From positions 1 through 31,178 of IMG/VR virus record IMGVR_UViG_3300010366_000041: DNA of 31,178 nucleotides. One strand, written 5' to 3'. The DNA is from a virus. Lineage: Duplodnaviria > Caudoviricetes. Each line of letters opens with the position of its first letter. Within the stretch, counting starts at the first letter, position 1. The position numbers were made by a program, and so were the translations under genes. Positions 14,965-24,992 of this stretch are shown here, in pieces. A model generated the notes under the pieces. The model was not told the origin of the DNA and ran no database searches. It saw only the letters and a list, made by a program, of their open reading frames with translations.

Positions 14965-16507
14965 CCTCAAAGAACTGCGCATCAAGACGCCAGGTTGGGG
15001 TGGCGGCCTTAACATCAGAGATGCTCAGGATCAGATCGCTCCGGACGAGCTGCGTCGTGCAGAGAACGTGGTGTATGACTCCAAGGGTGGTGTTGCCAAA
15101 CGTCTTGGCTGTCGCTCTCAAGGCACATTCGGCGGCAGTACCGATCGGTGCCTATCCACCTATACGTTCTACCGCCCAGGCAGCAATCCCCAGGTGCTGA
15201 TGCATACGACGGCAGGCAATCTCTACTACACCGATGACCCCTCAGCTAGTCCCATCGGATGGTCTCTTATCACGACGGGTCTATCTATTAGTCAGCCGTG
15301 TTCGTTTGAGACACAGAACTCTAAGTGCTGGTTTGCTGAGGGGACGAGGTTTGCGAGCTGGGATGGATCATCCTACGTCAATTATCCAAGCGCGCCCTCA
15401 ATGACCTACCTCTGTAACTGGAAGGATACGATGTGGGGTGCAGGTATTGTGAACCCCGACCGCGTATATTCCAGTGCAGCAGGTGATCCTACATCGTGGC
15501 CTGCTCTTGGGTATGTTGATATTCTCCATGGCGATGGTGACCGCATCATGGGGATCAATAGTGATGGGCTGTTCCTGATTGTAGGTAAGCGGCGACGGGT
15601 TCAGGTGATCTACGACCCATCACTCTTTAGTAACCGTACAGCTGACTACGAGAAGGGTCTGGAGTCACACTGGTCCTTTGTTCACATCGAGGACAAGTTG
15701 TACTATCTGTCGCGGCTTGGTATCTGTTGGTGGCAAGGTGATACGAGCGCGAGGATTATCTCCTACAAGATAGACCCAATCTTCAGGCCAGACATCTTGA
15801 ATCTAGGTGCCCTGAACAAGGTGATGGCGTATCAGCTCAATGACCGCTGTGGGTGGGCATTGCCTGAAGTGGGTTCAATGATCCCCACACTCATTATCGA
15901 GTACTATCCTCGCTTGGGGCCGATCTATCAGATCTCTGGTAACATCGGGCCTGGGCCTTGGACGATGCACCGCATGCCTGCAGCGAACTTCACCACACTG
16001 CGCATGGGATCACAGGAGGCGCTGTATGGGGGTCACCCGAATAGCAACAAATTCCTTTGGCTCTTCTCGCCGGACGGAACTGATGATGGTGCAACGTTCG
16101 CTTCCACAGTTGAAGGTGCTATCCTTGACTTCGGGGATCCCATCGACTGGAAGTACTTCCGTCGCATTAAGTTGGTGGGCCGCGGGCAATTCTATTTCCA
16201 GCTCAAGAGGAACTTCTCGAACAGCATCTACTACAGCAGGCTCGTGACGCTGAGCAGTGTTGCTGATACGTGGAGTACTAGCGATCAGTGGGGTGTCGGT
16301 ATCTGGGGTTCTGATCCGATGGTTCGTGAGATACTCCTGGGCACTGATGTGTATGGGCGAGTGTTCACTGTCTGTCTCACCGACGCTGAGACTGACCCAG
16401 CACAGTTCCAAGTACCCATCGGCTCTGTGGATCGGAAAGTCACAATAGGGGCATGGTCACTGCTAGAAGTTGCCTTCGATGGTTACCTCCTCGGGATAAG
16501 GGACTGA
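14942..16507 (+). CDS. Tail nozzle/stabilisation protein (P22 gp10/T7 tubular B-like beta-propeller)
   Basis: GGLN......I...E....ENV......G...KRLG N-terminal motif; RVYSSAAGDPTSW, GDRIMGI and DFGDP..WKYFRRI. Confidence 0.8.
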   Translation: MSSVQVADLKELRIKTPGWGGGLNIRDAQDQIAPDELRRAENVVYDSKGGVAKRLGCRSQGTFGGSTDRCLSTYTFYRPGSNPQVLMHTTAGNLYYTDDPSASPIGWSLITTGLSISQPCSFETQNSKCWFAEGTRFASWDGSSYVNYPSAPSMTYLCNWKDTMWGAGIVNPDRVYSSAAGDPTSWPALGYVDILHGDGDRIMGINSDGLFLIVGKRRRVQVIYDPSLFSNRTADYEKGLESHWSFVHIEDKLYYLSRLGICWWQGDTSARIISYKIDPIFRPDILNLGALNKVMAYQLNDRCGWALPEVGSMIPTLIIEYYPRLGPIYQISGNIGPGPWTMHRMPAANFTTLRMGSQEALYGGHPNSNKFLWLFSPDGTDDGATFASTVEGAILDFGDPIDWKYFRRIKLVGRGQFYFQLKRNFSNSIYYSRLVTLSSVADTWSTSDQWGVGIWGSDPMVREILLGTDVYGRVFTVCLTDAETDPAQFQVPIGSVDRKVTIGAWSLLEVAFDGYLLGIRD

Positions 16508-16508
16508 T

Positions 16509-18050
16509 ATGACTCTGTACAACGTAGTCAATGCACCCTCAATGGTCGCGGGCCAGCCCGAGGATATCTCCCAGGTGCTGGCGAACTTCACCGCCATCGC
16601 CAACGTCCTTAATGGTCAGCTTGACAATAGTAACCTCGTAGCAAATGCGGGGATTGTTCCGTCTAAGCTTGCAGGTTTCCCGAACGATCCGACCCTGTTC
16701 CTGAGGGGTGATGGTGGCTGGGTCGCTCCTCCCACCGGGGGTGGAGGTAGTGGTGGAACGGGTCTGCCCGCCGACACTGTGGTACCTGCTAGCACGCGCA
16801 TCATCGCCAACAAGCTCCTAAGTTCGGATGGCCAGGCTGCGTGGCAGGTGATGGGCGATGGGGCGATGAGATTTGGACCGGGTGGATCGCTTGTCTGGGA
16901 CGTGAATATCTACCGCGAAAGCGCTGGTTCCCTGGCGACTGACAACTCCTTCACCGCCTATGATGGGGTGTGGGGTGCGCGAGTGCCTGCGCTCAAGACG
17001 CAACCAGCGATTGGCGTATGGGTCAAGGGGGAGAACTTTGACACCTGGGAGGTGACAGCTGCTGGGGTGATGCAGTGGGGTCCAGGCGGTTCAGTTGCAC
17101 CCGATAGTCAGTTACTCCGTCGTAATGTTGGAGTGATCGCTACTCCCACTAGTTTCATGGCCGATCAGGGTGGATGGTTTGCGACACTTGGACAACCCGC
17201 AACTGCGGTGGCACTTGGTATCTATGCAGTCGCTGGCGGCAAGGATACCTTCGACATCTGGGGCAATGGCAGGCTCAACTGGGGTGATGGATCGACTGCG
17301 CAACCGGGCGACACAAATCTCTACCGCAGCGCAGCGGGAGTGCTGAAGACTGATGGCGCCTTCGATGGCGACTTCCTCCAGTACTATGGTGACTGGTCAG
17401 CAGGCAACTATCAGGATGGAGATATTGCTGTCTACAATGGTGTTGCCTACCTCTGCGTGCGCCCGACCACTCAGCAGCCAAGTGCGTGGCCAACTGGTGG
17501 TACTGTCGGTGGTGGTACTTATGGTACAGCCCTTCCCGCTAGTCCCATTGATGGCCAGATCGCTACCCTGGTTGATAGTATCACAAATCCCACATACCAA
17601 TGGACATTCCGGTACAACGCAGGCAGTAGTAGTGCTTACAAGTGGGAGTTTATTGGTGGGACGTTTGCTTCCTCAGAGGTTGATGCAGCAAGTACGACTA
17701 ACGTCGGAACTAGTTGGGTTGTTCCCTCTGCTGGCGCTGCATCAATCACAGTGCCGAGGTCTGGCGATTACGAAGTGAGCTTTGGGGGATTCCTCCAGTT
17801 TACGACCAATGCGTCTAACGGGACGATAGGACTCACCATTGCCATTGCAGGCTCAGTTGTGGCCACTGACGCAGTGACGTTCGCGCTCAACAATATACTG
17901 GGGAGTGCAAGTGTATCCCGCCAGAGAAGAAAGACTGGCCTAACTGCAGGCAACACAATCTCCCTGCAATTTCAGGTGAACCCCAATGGTGGGCCTGTGA
18001 ACACCTTGTCTAACCAGTGGCTCAAGGTCATCCCAGTCCGAGTTTCCTAG
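16509..18050 (+). CDS. Tail fibre 1 (anchor, 3 WGPGG-type repeats, CBM-like motif, C-terminal jelly-roll-like domain)
   Basis: SQVLANFTAIANVLNG.LDNSNL anchor; repeats; C-terminus paralogous to 20628..22421. Confidence 0.8.
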   Translation: MTLYNVVNAPSMVAGQPEDISQVLANFTAIANVLNGQLDNSNLVANAGIVPSKLAGFPNDPTLFLRGDGGWVAPPTGGGGSGGTGLPADTVVPASTRIIANKLLSSDGQAAWQVMGDGAMRFGPGGSLVWDVNIYRESAGSLATDNSFTAYDGVWGARVPALKTQPAIGVWVKGENFDTWEVTAAGVMQWGPGGSVAPDSQLLRRNVGVIATPTSFMADQGGWFATLGQPATAVALGIYAVAGGKDTFDIWGNGRLNWGDGSTAQPGDTNLYRSAAGVLKTDGAFDGDFLQYYGDWSAGNYQDGDIAVYNGVAYLCVRPTTQQPSAWPTGGTVGGGTYGTALPASPIDGQIATLVDSITNPTYQWTFRYNAGSSSAYKWEFIGGTFASSEVDAASTTNVGTSWVVPSAGAASITVPRSGDYEVSFGGFLQFTTNASNGTIGLTIAIAGSVVATDAVTFALNNILGSASVSRQRRKTGLTAGNTISLQFQVNPNGGPVNTLSNQWLKVIPVRVS

Positions 18051-18062
18051 AGAGGAGAACCC

Positions 18063-19088
18063 ATGCCAACTCCTAGTCCCGGCTCGACTGATTGGGTTCC
18101 TCTCGGACCAGCTGGCATTGTTGGTGTAGCAGACGAGCTTGCCTACGCGGAGTTCACGTCGAGCGTGGCCGTCTCTTCGACCGCCGAGGGGACGCCCAAC
18201 GATGTCGTCGTCGCCCCCTCGATCACAGTGGACGGCGCGACGAAGATCGTCATCGAGTTCTGCTGCTTCGGCGCTCTCGGCCCCACCACTGCAGCCAACT
18301 GCGTCATGTTCAACCTCTGGGACAGCGGCACGAACCTCGGTCGGTGGACACGCTCCATCGACTCGACCGGTGTTGTGAACATCACGCCAATTTTCGCGCA
18401 GCGTGAGCTAACACCTTCGGCGGGGGCGCACACATTCAAGGTCAGTGCGTGGATCAACTCGGTGGGGACGGGTCAGGTCGTCGCGGGGGCCGGTGGGGCA
18501 GTGGGCCTCTACACGCCGGGGTTCATCCGCATTCGGCGCGTCTCGCCATATCAACCGCTAACAGGTGTCTCTGGTGGCGACCTCGTAAAGATCGCAGAGC
18601 AGATCCTCGGTGGCGCACAGGCAAATATCGACTTCCAGAACATCCCGCAGACCTATCGCAATCTTCAGTTCCGGGGCGTCGTTCGCTGCGACAACGCCGC
18701 GATGCAGGCGTTCAACGCTCGCTTCAACAACATTTCGACGGGCGTCTACGATACAATGCAGGCGACCGCTGCGACGACGAGCGTGACTGCTGGTGAGTCG
18801 TTCAGCCAGACGAGCGCGTATATCGGGGATCTCCCTGGCACTTCGGCAGCGGACGCGCACTACTACGCGACGTTCATCCTCAACCTTTTCAACTACGCCG
18901 AGGCGAACCACTACCACCAGTGGCAGGCCGAAGCCTTCGTCGCGAACTCCACCGCGTCGGGGAACATCCGGAGCCGCTGGCACAACGGCAACTTCCGCAA
19001 CATCGGCGGGATCAACCGAGTGACGTTCTTCCCCGCTGCGGGCAACCTCATCGCCCCGTCGGTCATCACCTGCTACGGCATGAACTAG
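18063..19088 (+). CDS. Tail fibre/receptor-binding protein with two beta domains
   Basis: ELAYAE...RIRRVS domain followed by a KIAEQIL....NIDFQNIPQTYRNL domain typical of phage fibre tips. Confidence 0.75.
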   Translation: MPTPSPGSTDWVPLGPAGIVGVADELAYAEFTSSVAVSSTAEGTPNDVVVAPSITVDGATKIVIEFCCFGALGPTTAANCVMFNLWDSGTNLGRWTRSIDSTGVVNITPIFAQRELTPSAGAHTFKVSAWINSVGTGQVVAGAGGAVGLYTPGFIRIRRVSPYQPLTGVSGGDLVKIAEQILGGAQANIDFQNIPQTYRNLQFRGVVRCDNAAMQAFNARFNNISTGVYDTMQATAATTSVTAGESFSQTSAYIGDLPGTSAADAHYYATFILNLFNYAEANHYHQWQAEAFVANSTASGNIRSRWHNGNFRNIGGINRVTFFPAAGNLIAPSVITCYGMN

Positions 19089-19096
19089 GAGTCACA

Positions 19097-19531
19097 ATGC
19101 CGCCAAACGTCACTAACTTTCCACTCAATCCCAGGCGCGGCACTGGCGATTGGTGGTCGGTGTGGTTTAACCTTCAGTGGCTTGCCTCGCAGATTGCGTC
19201 CGGCGCCATAGGGGGAGGCGGCACTGGCTATCCGCCGACGACGGGTCAACTCGGAAAGGTGCTCACCGTGACCACAGATGGAGCGGCACCGACATGGGCA
19301 GCAGGTACACCTGGCCCTCCTGGTACACCAGGTCCTGGGGGCACGTACATCTTTACCCAAGGCACTCCGTCCACCACCTGGACGATCGCCCACAACCTCA
19401 ACGCCTATCCATCTGTCACTGTGGTAGACACAGGCGGCTCGGAAATCATCCCGACGGTAGTATACACTGATGCCAACCATCTGACGCTGACCTTCGGCGC
19501 CGCGACTACGGGAAAGGCGTACCTTAACTAA
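19097..19531 (+). CDS. Small tail protein with short collagen-like segment
   Basis: Start reassigned to ATG 19097 after AGGAG; GTPGPPGTPGPG then FTQGTPSTTWTIAHNL..YPSVTVVD domain. Confidence 0.8.
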   Translation: MPPNVTNFPLNPRRGTGDWWSVWFNLQWLASQIASGAIGGGGTGYPPTTGQLGKVLTVTTDGAAPTWAAGTPGPPGTPGPGGTYIFTQGTPSTTWTIAHNLNAYPSVTVVDTGGSEIIPTVVYTDANHLTLTFGAATTGKAYLN

Positions 19532-20631
19532 TGCCAACCCTAGGGAACGCACTTGACTTCGCGAAGTTTGAGGGTCGTAACTTCCGCGCCCATCAGCTGA
19601 GTACAGCGCCGGCTTCGCCTGTTACTGGTCAGTTGTACTACGACACTGTGGGCAACTCACTTTACTTCTGGAATGGCTCCTCGTGGGTGTCGGCTGCTGG
19701 TGGTACACCGCCTGACGCGACTGCCTCCGTCAAGGGTATCATCCAGCTCGCCGGTGACCTCGGTGGTGGCGGTACTGCTGCAGCGCCTGTGATCGCGAAC
19801 GGAGCGATCACTGACACCAAGGTCGCTGCTGCCAATAAGGATGGTGCGGCTGCTACACCTAGCATGAGGACGCTTGGTCTTGGTGCAGCGCAGGCTCTGG
19901 GTGGCACAACGCGACTCGATCAGATCAGCGCTCCCACAGCGTCAGTAAACCTAAATAGCCAGAAGCTGATCAGCGTCCTCGATCCGACTAACCCACAAGA
20001 TGGGGCAACAAAGAACTACGTCGATAACGTTGCTACTGGTCTCGATGCAAAAGCATCCGTCCATGCAGCTACGACAGCAAACATCGCTAACCTCGCGACT
20101 GGTGCGCCCAACACCCTCGATGGTGTTACGCTGGCAGCAAATGATCGCGTACTCGTCAAGGACCAAACTACCGCCAACCAGAATGGCATCTACACCATTA
20201 CGACACTAGGTACTGGCGCTAATGGTGTGTGGGCACGTGCAACCGACATGGATGCCTGGACAGAAGTCCCATCCTCCTATGTCTGGGTCGAGCAAGGCAC
20301 GATCAATGGTGATACGGGTTGGGTGTGTACTGCTGACGCTGGTGGTACGCTCGGCACGACTAGCATCACCTGGTCTAAGTTCGCTGCTGCCCCGAGTGCA
20401 CAGGTTGGCTACTACAGCAACAACGCCACCCATGGTGCAGCTACTACCATTGTGATCGCCCAAACCACACATCTACTGCGTGCGTCACGTGGCCTACAGG
20501 TTCAGGTGCAGGACAACAGCACCGGTGCGATCGAATTCCCAGATGTCACTGTGGCAGCTAATGGTGATGTGACTGTCACCTACGGCGCTGCCCTCACTGC
20601 CAATACGAAGCTGGTGACGATAGTCGGATGA
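19531..20631 (+). CDS. Tail fibre/structural protein
   Basis: DATASVKGIIQLAGDL, DPTNPQDGATKNYVD and LDGVTLAANDRVLVKDQTTANQNGIY fibre motifs. Confidence 0.85.
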   Translation: MPTLGNALDFAKFEGRNFRAHQLSTAPASPVTGQLYYDTVGNSLYFWNGSSWVSAAGGTPPDATASVKGIIQLAGDLGGGGTAAAPVIANGAITDTKVAAANKDGAAATPSMRTLGLGAAQALGGTTRLDQISAPTASVNLNSQKLISVLDPTNPQDGATKNYVDNVATGLDAKASVHAATTANIANLATGAPNTLDGVTLAANDRVLVKDQTTANQNGIYTITTLGTGANGVWARATDMDAWTEVPSSYVWVEQGTINGDTGWVCTADAGGTLGTTSITWSKFAAAPSAQVGYYSNNATHGAATTIVIAQTTHLLRASRGLQVQVQDNSTGAIEFPDVTVAANGDVTVTYGAALTANTKLVTIVG

Positions 20632-22421
20632 CCAGAAAGTTCGCAGGAGCTACACCAGAACTCGTCTTCGGCAACGCTGGAGATGCAGCGTTTCAGCGAT
20701 ATGGCGTGAAGCAACTCTCCGTCGGTAACGCTAGCTTCCCGACAGCGTTCAATATCATCTGCGATAACACACTCTGGCCTTTCGTGATGTGGGATACGGG
20801 AGTTCCAGCAAACCCATTCTTCTACATCGACATTAATGGGAAGCTGAATTGGGGGCCAAAAACAGCTGCGGCTGATGCGAACCTGTATCGACTCTCTGCA
20901 CAGAACCTCAAGACGGACAGCAACTTCTACTCCGGATTGACGTTCGTCTCATCGGGTACGGGTGGTGCGACTGGGTTCCTGTTCAACCCTCCAGCCTCCG
21001 CCATCGGCTACGCCTTTGCGAATACCATTCAAGGTGAGTCGCAGGCTCGTTTTGCCATTGACGGGAATGGCTCTATGTCGTGGGGACCTGGCGGATCGAC
21101 CGCTAGAGACACAAGCTTCTACCGTTTCAATACCGCCCAGTTGTACACACCGGGTGGTCTGCTTTGGGCTGGACCTTCATACTATTACCCGACGGCGGCT
21201 GGCAGTACGGCTATCTATTCACTTGTTCAGGGTGAATCGCAACCACGATTTCGTCTTGATGGTAGTGGAGCACAGTACTGGGGGCCTGGCGGTTCTACTC
21301 CAGTCGATACAAACCTGTACCGCATAAGCGCGAACCAGCTGGGGACGGATGGAACGTTTACGTCCAATCTAGGAGCGGCTGGCACCACCGCATTCCAGGC
21401 TCCATTGCTTGCAAGTAGCGGGTATTTTGCCGCCGTTCGTCAGGGCGGCGATAGTCAATGGCGCTTCCTGATTGATTGCAACGGTTCGTTTCAATGGGGA
21501 CCTGGCGGTTCTACTGGGGTAGATACGTCTCTGCAGCGTGGCGGAGTGGCGATGCTCACGGTGAGTAACAACTTGTGGGCATACGGGTCGCTTGTGTCCT
21601 TTCTCGGTAATGTAAACCAAGTCTACCTCACAAACCCTGGTGGTAATCCGGGCATCTTCTTCGGGAATGCCAACGATACCTACATCTCGCGTACAGCAGT
21701 AAATACACTCCAGGTCAACAACAACCTTGTTGCCACAGGAACCATCGACGGAGATATGCACCAATACACGGGAGACTGGGCTGCAGGCTCCTACCTTGAT
21801 GGTGATATTGCTGTCGTCAACGGAGTTGCTTATCTTTGTGTGCGCCCAACGTCGGCTGCACCATCAGCTTGGACACCAGCACCGCCACAGACTGCATACG
21901 GTACAGGCCTACCAACGAATCCAGTAGACGGGCAAGAGGCGATCCTCGTAGACAGTGTAACTAACCCAAGCTACCAATGGAAGTTCCGTTACAATGCAGG
22001 CTCAACGTCTGCTTACAAGTGGGAATTCATTGGCGGTACGTCAGTCTATGCGGAAATCACTACCTCCGAAACCACAACCGCGACGGTGTACTCTGCATTG
22101 ACGACAGCAGGTCCGACCATCACTCTTCCTCGTGCAGGTGACTACGAGGTTGAGATTGGTGCGTACATGGGGAATGCGAACGCTAACGTCCAGGCTTGGA
22201 TGAGCTACGACATAGGGGCAACAGGTGCTGTTGATGCTGATGCTCTTACCGTTCAAGAGAACTCCAGTGCTGGCAATGTACTCGCTAACATTGCGAGAGC
22301 TAGGCGTAAGACGGGACTGACAGCAGTGGCACTGACTGCCAAGTACAAGTGCGGGTCTGGTGGTGTTACAGGCTCCTTTGCAAGCCGCTGGATGAGAGTA
22401 ACCCCAGTCAGAGTATCATAG
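20628..22421 (+). CDS. Tail fibre 2 (4 full WGP-type repeats plus C-terminal module paralogous to fibre 1)
   Basis: WGPGGST..DT..YR repeats; shared GDW..G.Y.DGDIAV.NGVAYLCVRPT to PVRVS block. Confidence 0.8.
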   Translation: MTRKFAGATPELVFGNAGDAAFQRYGVKQLSVGNASFPTAFNIICDNTLWPFVMWDTGVPANPFFYIDINGKLNWGPKTAAADANLYRLSAQNLKTDSNFYSGLTFVSSGTGGATGFLFNPPASAIGYAFANTIQGESQARFAIDGNGSMSWGPGGSTARDTSFYRFNTAQLYTPGGLLWAGPSYYYPTAAGSTAIYSLVQGESQPRFRLDGSGAQYWGPGGSTPVDTNLYRISANQLGTDGTFTSNLGAAGTTAFQAPLLASSGYFAAVRQGGDSQWRFLIDCNGSFQWGPGGSTGVDTSLQRGGVAMLTVSNNLWAYGSLVSFLGNVNQVYLTNPGGNPGIFFGNANDTYISRTAVNTLQVNNNLVATGTIDGDMHQYTGDWAAGSYLDGDIAVVNGVAYLCVRPTSAAPSAWTPAPPQTAYGTGLPTNPVDGQEAILVDSVTNPSYQWKFRYNAGSTSAYKWEFIGGTSVYAEITTSETTTATVYSALTTAGPTITLPRAGDYEVEIGAYMGNANANVQAWMSYDIGATGAVDADALTVQENSSAGNVLANIARARRKTGLTAVALTAKYKCGSGGVTGSFASRWMRVTPVRVS

Positions 22422-22431
22422 GAGGTGACAC

Positions 22432-23406
22432 ATGAGTAGCATGGCATTGTCTCCAAACCCACAGACCAATGCTGGCACTGGTGGTGCTGGATGGATTAAT
22501 GCTGCGCCTACCGATGATCCGAACTATCAGGTAGCACCGGTACAGGCATTTGGCCTGCCCGCTAACAACATGCTGCCGCAGCAGATCGGTTGGTCAGACC
22601 TGCCGCTTGGCGCATACACAGACGATCAGTTCTTGGCTGACGACGCTGCTCTACGCGCGCAGGTAGGCCAGAACTATGCCCAAATCTTGAACCAGCTAGG
22701 CTACCAGGATCCTAACACAGGAGCAGTCATCCCTGGCTCTGTGGTACAGGACGCAAACATCAAGCTCGCTGCCCATCAGCAAGAGCTCCAGGATGCTGAG
22801 CGTCAGGTGACTCAGCAAGCCCAACAGGGTGGTACACTGTGGTCAGGTGCACGCCAGCAAGCCCTAGCGTCTGCACAGTTGCCGATCATGCAGAACATCG
22901 GTCAACTTCACCTCGACACTCAAAGAACTCTATCGGATCTGTACCAGCAGGCGCAGAACATGGTGACAAACTACAACGTTCAGCGTCAGCAGAACTTGGG
23001 TTCGGCAGCAGCTCGCAACCTCGCTCGCATACAACAGGAGCAGATGCTTGCAGCGCTAAACGCTAGGAATACTCCCGACGTAGGTGGCGGAGGAGGTGGA
23101 GGTGATGCCGGCCTGGCACCTAGTCAAATTGGTACTGATGCAGGTCAATACACACCCCCGGCTCCCGTCGTGGGGTATGGTGGAGGCGGTGGTGGCCTTA
23201 CTCACTATGGCGATTGGGCATATCCCGCAACTGTACCATCCGTAGGGTACGGTGGTGCTAGCGGTACAGGTCAGCCCGTGAGAAGTTACGGTGACTGGAC
23301 CTACCCGATTAGCACACCGCCCCCGCCTAAGCCCGCGCCTGCACCGAAACCACCAGCAGTTAGCCAAAGTGGTAGAACGTTGAGCTCAGGGATAAGGATC
23401 AGATAA
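22432..23406 (+). CDS. Putative internal virion (ejection) protein 1
   Basis: Gln/Ala-rich helical core, Gly/Pro-rich tail; position after fibres; SD AGGAGGTG. Confidence 0.6.
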   Translation: MSSMALSPNPQTNAGTGGAGWINAAPTDDPNYQVAPVQAFGLPANNMLPQQIGWSDLPLGAYTDDQFLADDAALRAQVGQNYAQILNQLGYQDPNTGAVIPGSVVQDANIKLAAHQQELQDAERQVTQQAQQGGTLWSGARQQALASAQLPIMQNIGQLHLDTQRTLSDLYQQAQNMVTNYNVQRQQNLGSAAARNLARIQQEQMLAALNARNTPDVGGGGGGGDAGLAPSQIGTDAGQYTPPAPVVGYGGGGGGLTHYGDWAYPATVPSVGYGGASGTGQPVRSYGDWTYPISTPPPPKPAPAPKPPAVSQSGRTLSSGIRIR

Positions 23407-24992
23407 TGGCTGCCGGAACGATCACACCACAGCAACAGGCGCAAATGCAGGCTGCTGCACAGAAGCAAGCACAGGCTCAGGCCGCAACTGAGATCGCTGG
23501 GCAGGTCGGCCCGCTTCAGGGTCAAGTCGCTCAGCTCACGAAACAGGGTCAGCAGCAGGTGGGTTCACTCACCAATGAGTTCCAGAACAATCTGATTCCC
23601 GCTGCCCAGCATGAGGCACAGCAGACTGCGGCATTCAATCAAAACGCTCAGGGTGCGGAGGCTGGTATCTTCCAGCAGGCGACGAGTCAGATGAACACGC
23701 TCGCGCAAAACCAGGCTCAGCAGGCACAGCAAATTGCCCAGCAGACTGGCGGGCCAGTAAGTACAGGCATGTTCACATCTGGCCTTCAGCCCTATCAGAC
23801 AGCGGAGGTTCAGTCGGGTGCAGTCAGCCAACTCACGGGATTGAATCTCGGGACGATCGGTACGAATGAGGCACAGATGTTCGCCGGTCAAGTTCTACCT
23901 GCAATGGAGAGCCTACAGAAGAGTACAGCCCGTGCCAACATCGCCAGCCAGATCGCTGACCTCAAGAAGCAGATCACTACGATTCAGGGTACTAAGAGCA
24001 AGCTCGTCGATGCCAAGCTCCCTGCCCTCCTTGCGGCCAAACAGGGTTTCGCACTGAACGTAGCCCAGCTCGCGCAGAAGCGGATCGCTGCTAATCGTGC
24101 ATGGACTGCTACTAAGCGTGGGCTCGATCAACGTGATCGCACCCTCTCACTCACTGAGCAGAACCAAGCTTTCAATAAGTGGTTGGCGAAGCAGGAGCTT
24201 GGTCAGAAGGGTCGCGTTATAACCGACCAAGAGAAGAATCAGCTCTTTAATGAGTGGCTAGCGAAGGGGAAGTTGGGTATCTCTCAGCAGCAGGTCGATG
24301 CCTATAGTCAGCATCTGACCGCCACAGAGAAGCTTGACGCTGAGCGCCTAGGCATCACGAAGCAGGAGTTGGCTGCTCGCATTCTTCAGTACTCTGCCTC
24401 TAACAAGATCGCTGAGCAGCGGTTGGGCATTCAGGCTCAATCGAATGCTCGCGCCATCATTGACGCTGCTCTGGGTGGTACGGGGTCAAATCGGCCCACC
24501 ACTGTGACAGTCAAGAAGTGGCTCAATTCGGGTGATCCGAGCAAGAACATTCCTGCTGACCCCCTCGTTACGGCTGCTCTCAATGCTGGCGGGCTGTTCA
24601 GCAAGGGCAAGCCTCCCTCGAATGTGTACTACGATACCAACAGGCGGCAGTGGTATACTTACGTCAAGAATACCATGACGCCACAGCAGTTTGCTACACA
24701 GTACAATCCTGGCGGGACACCGATGAGCGATCCCAACGCCCTACTCGCTGTGCTCAAGCAAGGTGTGCCTGGTCGGTCTGAGAGCTTTTACGTTAATCTC
24801 ATCCGCCTACGTTTGGGTATTCCTGATTGGAAGCCTGGACAGCCGGCTGCCTACACTCCCCAGAGTCTTGGCGCCTTGGATATTAACAAGCTGACCGACA
24901 TTGCTATGAGTCGTGGCTTCCAGCCGTCGCCCGTCAAGACGGGTAAGCAGGCACTGATCGACTTCATTCTCCACCATGGCGGTAAGGGGTAA
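23406..24992 (+). CDS. Putative ejection protein 2
   Basis: Gln/Ala-rich coiled-coil, no Cys; TAATG coupling. Confidence 0.6.
   Translation: MAAGTITPQQQAQMQAAAQKQAQAQAATEIAGQVGPLQGQVAQLTKQGQQQVGSLTNEFQNNLIPAAQHEAQQTAAFNQNAQGAEAGIFQQATSQMNTLAQNQAQQAQQIAQQTGGPVSTGMFTSGLQPYQTAEVQSGAVSQLTGLNLGTIGTNEAQMFAGQVLPAMESLQKSTARANIASQIADLKKQITTIQGTKSKLVDAKLPALLAAKQGFALNVAQLAQKRIAANRAWTATKRGLDQRDRTLSLTEQNQAFNKWLAKQELGQKGRVITDQEKNQLFNEWLAKGKLGISQQQVDAYSQHLTATEKLDAERLGITKQELAARILQYSASNKIAEQRLGIQAQSNARAIIDAALGGTGSNRPTTVTVKKWLNSGDPSKNIPADPLVTAALNAGGLFSKGKPPSNVYYDTNRRQWYTYVKNTMTPQQFATQYNPGGTPMSDPNALLAVLKQGVPGRSESFYVNLIRLRLGIPDWKPGQPAAYTPQSLGALDINKLTDIAMSRGFQPSPVKTGKQALIDFILHHGGKG

Noticed and set aside
18920-19096. 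N-terminal extension of the 19531-ending ORF given in the track
   Set aside because: Overlaps 18063..19088 out of frame; the SD-led ATG at 19097 is the better start.
17365-22421. Fibre C-terminal paralogy as a DGR template/variable pair or a shufflon
   Set aside because: Differences are not adenine-specific, both copies are coding and in direct orientation, and no reverse transcriptase or invertase is in the window.
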